From the NCBI RefSeq assembly GCF_988243305.1, contig NZ_OZ547136.1: a DNA stretch of 64,000 nt; one strand, 5' to 3'. Positions 56,637 to 64,000 of this stretch are shown piece by piece. The translations under genes were made by a program, and so were the position numbers. Numbering within the stretch: the first letter of the stretch is position 1; each line of letters begins with the position of its first letter. The notes beneath the pieces are model-generated. The model made no database searches and was not told where the DNA came from. It worked only from the letters and a program-made list of their open reading frames with translations.

Positions 56637-56903
56637 TCACACCTCCCAGTAAACCGTGCAGCCGCTGATGCGGGTGGCCTTCACACGGCGGCGCAGGCCG
56701 TTGGTCTGTATGGTGATTTCAATTTCACCGGTTCCCTGCACGTTGCCTACCGGCGGCGTGGTTTTCAGTGCAAAACGTTGCGGATAGCGCTTACTGCGTT
56801 CCAGTACCGCACCGGCAAGTTCGGTCAGACGGCGCGCGCTGTTCAGGGAGTCGAATAAATTCATTTTGTTACCGCAGGATTGCATATTCATATAACACCT
56901 CAT
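56637..56903 (-). CDS. hypothetical protein (88 aa)
   Basis: ORF. Confidence 0.35.
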   Translation of the reverse strand: MRCYMNMQSCGNKMNLFDSLNSARRLTELAGAVLERSKRYPQRFALKTTPPVGNVQGTGEIEITIQTNGLRRRVKATRISGCTVYWEV

Positions 56904-57131
56904 TTAGCTGACTTGTTTCGCACCAACAGAACGGCATATTCCGCTGTAAACTTCTGTCGCACCTTCGCGATCAAGTCCGGCAGATATCACCATTCGTGTG
57001 CGGTCATTAAATTCAAAAAGTAAATCGCCACATTCTTTATTTTCGGCCAGTGAAATCACCTTCACGTTATCGAAATTAACCAGGTAAAAGCGTCCGTAAA
57101 TATCAGGAATATTAAATACCGCCATAATCAC
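56904..57131 (-). CDS. hypothetical small protein at the kil position (directly downstream of B)
   Basis: 75-aa ORF overlapping B stop by 4 nt; in Mu the gene at this position is kil; assignment by position only. Confidence 0.35.
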   Translation of the reverse strand: MIMAVFNIPDIYGRFYLVNFDNVKVISLAENKECGDLLFEFNDRTRMVISAGLDREGATEVYSGICRSVGAKQVS

Positions 57132-58069
57132 ACCTGTGAGAGTAATTCAGGGTTGGTATAAACCTCTTTAAAGGCCGCATTAATATGTTTTTCTGTCAGC
57201 GCCGCGCCTTCACCGCTGGCGGTGAGCCACGCCTGGTTAAGCGTATGTGTCAGAACGCGTAACGCTCCCGGCTTTTCAGCGATAGCCTGCATGACGGCCA
57301 GCTCAGCCTCACCACTGATCCCCCACGCCATGGCAATGGCCAGCACATCCGCCTTTTTGGCCTTGCGAAGTTGTTTTGTACGGGCAAGACGGCTGAACAG
57401 GCGCGATAAATCATCAAAGGCGCGGCGTCCACCTTTAAACAATCCGCGCGGGTTACCAATAAGCACCATCCCGATCCCCGTGGCGTCCTGAATTGCCCGG
57501 AGTTGCTCCAGACCGTCAATACCAAGATGATCCGCCTCATCCACAATCACCAGTCCACGCGTTCCCATCAGGCGACGGCGGATGGCGCGGGATAATGCCC
57601 CTTTGTTCGCGCGGGTGTAATCAATCCCCAGCGCATCGGCCAGCTCCAGCAGACACTCCGTGACGCTGGAGTGCGCGGGTGACAGGGTGATCATCCAGGT
57701 GTTTGGTTGCTCCTGGCAGTAATTACGGGCAGTGGCCGTTTTACCCACACCCGGTACGCCCACAATAACGTTAATACAGCCCATCAGGCGAACCGCCTGA
57801 AACAGTGCGCGCAGCTCCTGGACTGTCTGAGTTTCCACAAACTGCGGCGGTTCCGGCAGTGCGCTTTGTTTATTCCAGTTCTCATACCAGGAGCGCAGGG
57901 AAGCAGCCACAGCAGCGTTATCGCCTTTATATTTTCCCTTACGGAAAGCCGATAATGTGCCGTCGGAAATTCCCGCCTCTCTGGCGATGGCATACTGCGT
58001 CAGTACGCCGCCATCAATAAGTTCATCAATGGTCTTGATTACATCGTTAATATCGGTCATATTATTCAC
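57128..58069 (-). CDS. B: transposition ATPase / target DNA activator B (AAA+)
   Basis: 313-aa ORF, Walker A GVPGVGKT, N-terminal HTH; directly downstream of transposase. Confidence 0.85.
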   Translation of the reverse strand: MNNMTDINDVIKTIDELIDGGVLTQYAIAREAGISDGTLSAFRKGKYKGDNAAVAASLRSWYENWNKQSALPEPPQFVETQTVQELRALFQAVRLMGCINVIVGVPGVGKTATARNYCQEQPNTWMITLSPAHSSVTECLLELADALGIDYTRANKGALSRAIRRRLMGTRGLVIVDEADHLGIDGLEQLRAIQDATGIGMVLIGNPRGLFKGGRRAFDDLSRLFSRLARTKQLRKAKKADVLAIAMAWGISGEAELAVMQAIAEKPGALRVLTHTLNQAWLTASGEGAALTEKHINAAFKEVYTNPELLSQV

Positions 58070-58142
58070 CTCGCTTGAGACAGCATTCTCCGAGACTGAA
58101 ACCTCAAATAACCTGAGTCACTCCTCGGGTTATTTTTTTATT

Positions 58143-60233
58143 TCAGGCCAGCGGATCACTTTCTTTTAATTTCGCTTCGAGCAACTGCAATCCCCGCTGG
58201 AAATTACGCTCGTATTCTTCATCAGGTTCATCGTCAGCGACCGGTTGCTGAACGATCACCGTATTACCCACAGGGCGGTATATATTTTCCAGCCACGGCT
58301 CCTGTGGCTTGTGCTCCAGCACGTTGACAATCTCATCCTCGGCATCACGGATTTTTTCCTCTGCGCGTTTACGCATGCCTTTAAGGCGCTGCTGCTGTTT
58401 GTGGTATTCCGCGCTGACCGGGAAGGCTTCGCGTTTATTGCCGTCCCATACCGCCTCGCAAATCACGCTGCCATCCAGGCGACGTACGGTAATTCGTTCG
58501 GCATCATGAATGTCATAGCTGATAAGCACCTTACGACCATGCTCGTCACGCAGCTCGGGCGCGTAGTAAATATTATTCAGCCAGCGTATTTCACAGCGTC
58601 TTACAGGGCGCTCCACCATCGGCCGGAACATATCCCGCAGTTCAACATCGGACAGCCATTCAATTTCCGTGTCCTCTTCCGCCAGGCGTTTTTTTCTGAA
58701 CTCCGCCGGGCTGTAATGTTTACCGTTCGGCTTCATGGGTAATTCATCGTGCGGCCGGTTGTTGTACCACTCAACACCATCACGAATGGCATCAATCAGT
58801 TCAGCCCAGGACGGTGAATCACGCATCGCTGACTGCTGCCGGGCGTTCAGCCGTTTGCCCTGTTGCAGGGCAGTAAATGCCGAGCGTAAATCGCGGTTGG
58901 TTTTGCGTAACGTCTCGCGATCTGCACCTTTCCCGAAATAGGTGCGGTATTTACGGGCTATGCGCATCGGTAATGTGCGGTTAAGCCGTTCGATAATGCC
59001 TCGTCCCTGCGGATTACCGGCAATCCCGGTCGGGTGATTAATCCCCAGTCGCGGCAGTATCCCCACAACCTCCTTATCCAGGATGTCGGCGGTTTCCCCG
59101 GAGCCGTTATCCGAGTAATACAGAAACGGTTTGCCGTGATGGCGAATGCCGTGCTGTATGGCACCGGCTACGGCGAAAACATTTTCAGCCAGGTCAAGGC
59201 TCCAGCCCACCACAAAGCGCGTGCCACCGTCGATAACAAAGGTCACTTCCGGTGCAAATGGCCGACCGTGAACCGGGTGTGCGCATTTCAGCTTCATGCC
59301 GTGACCGTCACCAATCCAGACATAATTCACCGGCATTTTTGACCAGTCGCGGCGCGTGAATCCCTCAAGCTGGCGGTATTCACTGCCGGTCACCCGGCCT
59401 TTTTGTTTCACCACTTCCGGCAGTTTCTTCATTGCGCGGCGAATGGTGTCATAAGACGGCATGATATCGAGCATATAAGGCTCATCAGCGTGCCGGTGCT
59501 GCCATTCAGCGACAAAATCCTCGTAAGCCTCGGTCATTGGTCGGCCGTTTGACTGGCGATACTGCGCCAGAAATTCGGGCAGCCAGTTAATATCTTCGGC
59601 TTTTATTTCCTGGCGCTTACCCGGTGCCAGTAAAAGCAGGCGTTCAGCGGCGTTCTGCGCCTTGTTAAAGGCCGCAATCCAGCGTTTCAGCGTGATTTCA
59701 CTTAACGCGCGGCTGTTTCCCTTTTTGGCGTTCGCCGTCTCAACCATTGCCACAATGCGCTCGTCCAGCTGCGAACGTGCCAGGTTGTCAACGATAAACC
59801 GGATAGCCTTCGCACAGCTGAAACCAGGTTGTTGCGCGACTTTCAGAACTTCGCTGACGATCGCGATTCGTGCATCAGCCACCTGGCGCTGGTTTTCAGT
59901 CAGGGCATTAAGGCGTTCGACCATCAGTTGTGGTGATCCGCGATATGCCTCCACCGCATCAACCACGGCAGGCGAGCGTCTGGCCTTTGTCACCACTGGA
60001 GCCGGTGATTCATCGACTTTTTGAGTCATCAGTTGCAGGGCGTAGCGTTCACGTAATGCCTGCTGCGTCACTTCAGGTAAACAGTCGATGCTGTATTCAG
60101 TTGCTTTAGAGCCTGAGCGACGACGGGAACAACAGCTTTTCCCTTGTACGTAACGTTGTAATGCCTGGCGAATACCTTTTGTTGTAGCAGGCATTCCGGG
60201 CGCACCAATCAGTTCTTTTGCAATGACATACAT
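58143..60233 (-). CDS. A: Mu-type DDE transposase A
   Basis: 696-aa ORF directly downstream of ner; N-terminal DNA-binding domain and central catalytic region of Mu A size. Confidence 0.85.
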   Translation of the reverse strand: MYVIAKELIGAPGMPATTKGIRQALQRYVQGKSCCSRRRSGSKATEYSIDCLPEVTQQALRERYALQLMTQKVDESPAPVVTKARRSPAVVDAVEAYRGSPQLMVERLNALTENQRQVADARIAIVSEVLKVAQQPGFSCAKAIRFIVDNLARSQLDERIVAMVETANAKKGNSRALSEITLKRWIAAFNKAQNAAERLLLLAPGKRQEIKAEDINWLPEFLAQYRQSNGRPMTEAYEDFVAEWQHRHADEPYMLDIMPSYDTIRRAMKKLPEVVKQKGRVTGSEYRQLEGFTRRDWSKMPVNYVWIGDGHGMKLKCAHPVHGRPFAPEVTFVIDGGTRFVVGWSLDLAENVFAVAGAIQHGIRHHGKPFLYYSDNGSGETADILDKEVVGILPRLGINHPTGIAGNPQGRGIIERLNRTLPMRIARKYRTYFGKGADRETLRKTNRDLRSAFTALQQGKRLNARQQSAMRDSPSWAELIDAIRDGVEWYNNRPHDELPMKPNGKHYSPAEFRKKRLAEEDTEIEWLSDVELRDMFRPMVERPVRRCEIRWLNNIYYAPELRDEHGRKVLISYDIHDAERITVRRLDGSVICEAVWDGNKREAFPVSAEYHKQQQRLKGMRKRAEEKIRDAEDEIVNVLEHKPQEPWLENIYRPVGNTVIVQQPVADDEPDEEYERNFQRGLQLLEAKLKESDPLA

Positions 60234-60234
60234 A

Positions 60235-60483
60235 TCATGACGCCTTTCTCATATAGCTCTTAACCTGGTATCGACTGGGCCAGATTTCTTCAGGCGATAC
60301 CCCAAGAGCATCAGCAATTATTTGCTGATACGGTCGGCAAGGAGTACGTAATACGCTTTTCAGCGAATCCCTGCTGTAACCAGCCTTTAAAGATAAAGAG
60401 CGCAGTGATAAGCCAGCCATGTGTAAGCGCGCCTTGATGATTTCAGGCGGCCAATCGTGATCTGAAACTTCTCTTCTACTCAT
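60235..60483 (-). CDS. ner: Ner-like DNA-binding regulator
   Basis: 82-aa ORF with ...QIIADALGVSPEEIWPSRY resembling Mu Ner/Nlp family. Confidence 0.8.
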   Translation of the reverse strand: MSRREVSDHDWPPEIIKARLHMAGLSLRSLSLKAGYSRDSLKSVLRTPCRPYQQIIADALGVSPEEIWPSRYQVKSYMRKAS

Positions 60484-60650
60484 ACTTCCTCTATTCTAAA
60501 AAGTTACCCGCGCGGATATTCGTGCGGATATCTGTACGGGTAAATAATAGAACAAACAAAAGAACCAAATCAAGGTATTTTGTTCTTTTTATTCTTTGCG
60601 GTGTTTTTGTTATTAATATCAATAAGATAAATAAAAAGGAACCTGAGAGC
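60484..60650. promoter_or_regulatory. c-ner divergent promoter/operator region
   Basis: 167-bp intergenic region between divergent c and ner; contains IR TTACCCG...CGGGTAA (60504..60543) around direct repeats GCGGATATT/GCGGATATC. Confidence 0.5.
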
Positions 60651-61235
60651 ATGAACATGAAAAACAGTTCTTTTCTCGACGAAGGAAAAGAACCAGTGAT
60701 CGAACGGATTTTTCGTCTTGCAGAGCGTTACAAATCGAGAAGTGAGGCGGCTAGAGCATGGGGAATAAACGTTCAGACATTGCAGAACTACTACAAAAGG
60801 AGAAACAATCAGCCGCCACCACAACCAAGAAAGCACCATCTCCAGAACATTGCAGAAAGAGAACATGTATCTATGGAGTGGCTGGTCAATGGTTATGGTG
60901 ATGAGCCAAGCATGAAAAAAGAACCAATTGAACAAACAAAAAGAACAAAAAAACAAAGAATTGATGATAGTGATTCCATCATCATGAGGGCGTGGGACTC
61001 GCTAACTTCATCTGAACAAGAGATTTTGTCCAACTTATTGATCAGAAAAGGGGCCGAACTACTAACCGTTTTGCTTGATACAGATATTCAAAAACTGCAC
61101 TCATTGAGCGGAGTCAAAAGAGCACTAGCATTGAGTCTACAAGAGTTACCCGATGATACTGTAAGAGAGATTTATGAAGAATGTGAAGCTAAGGTTAATC
61201 ATTTAAATGTAACCCAGAAAAAGGCTGGTGCGTAA
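60651..61235 (+). CDS. c: prophage repressor c (Mu c-like)
   Basis: Start at internal MNMKNSSFLDEGKEPVIERI; HTH-like EAARAWGINVQTLQNYYKR; divergent from ner; ORF-track start 60522 would leave no room for operators. Confidence 0.7.
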   Translation: MNMKNSSFLDEGKEPVIERIFRLAERYKSRSEAARAWGINVQTLQNYYKRRNNQPPPQPRKHHLQNIAEREHVSMEWLVNGYGDEPSMKKEPIEQTKRTKKQRIDDSDSIIMRAWDSLTSSEQEILSNLLIRKGAELLTVLLDTDIQKLHSLSGVKRALALSLQELPDDTVREIYEECEAKVNHLNVTQKKAGA

Positions 61236-61321
61236 GGGAGTGGTGCAATTTTTGTGCTGTAGTACACTCCTTTAAAGACAATCTGGAGAAAAACGTTTTA
61301 AGCCTTTTTAAGCGTCAATCC

Positions 61322-63105
<1,784 letters not shown>

Positions 63106-63192
63106 ATTCACCCCGAATGTTGTTATGTCTGTTTGCAGTGTAGAGCCATTGTTTGTAAACACAAAAACAACTCCGCTACATCTTATTCTTAT

Positions 63193-63744
63193 TTAATATA
63201 TATCAGAAGCAGGCAGGCTGGAGGATTTCTGCACAAGTCCGGTACACGTTTGACGCTGATAGTGTTGATACTTCCGTAACGCAATGCGGTAATTGTTGGT
63301 GCTGGTGGTGGGCAGCCACGGGGCGAGGATTTCATCAAGGAAACCGTCCTGCAGCTGATCGAGGGAAATATTTTGCTCGTGTAGATGATTACCCAAACGG
63401 CGCAGACGAACGACATATTCACGCACCGTACCTGGGCTCATTTCAGTTTGTTCAAAAAGAAATTGCTTAAAGCCGATAATATCGAAAAAATCACTTTGCG
63501 TTTTGCAATGTAAATCACCGCAGAATCGGCACAATGCCGCCCATGATTTTTGTTCCACTTGCCAGCCATTTTCATCAAGCAGCATGTCCAGGCGGGAAAT
63601 CTCGATTTTATTCACTATTTTGCCGTCGCGAACGAGGGTAATGCGGTCGAGTAATTTACGGCAATGCGCGCAATGAGTCTGGCTGTGTTTAAAGTCTTTA
63701 AGATAGCGGCTTAATGGCCGTCTTTTCAGGTGCTGCACCATCAT
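63193..63744 (-). CDS. fliZ: flagellar regulator FliZ
   Basis: Start at MMVQHLKRRPLSRYLKDFKHSQTHCAHCRKLLDRI. Confidence 0.9.
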   Translation of the reverse strand: MMVQHLKRRPLSRYLKDFKHSQTHCAHCRKLLDRITLVRDGKIVNKIEISRLDMLLDENGWQVEQKSWAALCRFCGDLHCKTQSDFFDIIGFKQFLFEQTEMSPGTVREYVVRLRRLGNHLHEQNISLDQLQDGFLDEILAPWLPTTSTNNYRIALRKYQHYQRQTCTGLVQKSSSLPASDIY

Positions 63745-63790
63745 TAAGAACTCCTGGTAGTCAAAATTAAAGTGCGGCATTTACTGACGT

Positions 63791-64000
63791 TATAACTTAC
63801 CCAGTTTAGTGCGTAACCGTTTAATGGCCTGGCTGTGTAACTGACTGACCCGCGATTCCCCGACCTCCAGCACCGCGCCAATCTCTTTGAGATTCAGCTC
63901 TTCCTGGTAATAGAGGGTTAATACCAGTTTTTCGCGCTCCGGCAACGTTTCGATAGCTTCCATCACCCGCTGGCGCAGATTACTGTCCAGCAGCTGTTGT
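63791..64000 (-). CDS. fliA: flagellar sigma factor FliA (3' portion; 5' end beyond window)
   Basis: Revcomp reads ...[37 protein letters not shown] stop. Confidence 0.85.

Overview
E. coli K-12-like chromosome segment running motB-motA-flhCD / uspC / otsAB / araHGF / ftnB-yecJ-azuC-yecR-ftnA-yecH / tyrP / yecA / tRNA leuZ-cysT-glyW / pgsA / uvrC-uvrY / yecF / sdiA / tcyN-tcyL / dcyD / tcyJ(fliY)-fliZ-fliA. The dcyD gene is split by a ~39.1 kb Mu-like transposable prophage (about 22419..61496, inverted relative to the window). The prophage has a complete Mu-type backbone: c, ner, A, B, early region with gam/gemA/mor, lysis genes, terminase/portal/head, sheath/tube/tape-measure/baseplate, a Gin-invertible tail-fibre segment, and com-mom. 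Its cargo includes a NanS-p-like SGNH esterase block between gin and com-mom, a low-GC island with an opposite-strand gene in the early region, and several unassigned small genes. I saw no CRISPR array, integrase or IS element. All calls come from reading the sequence and ORF track and from remembered protein families; no database search was run. Hand-derived coordinates (tRNAs, repeats, sites) may be off by 1-2 nt, because in two places my line counting disagreed with the ORF track by one base.
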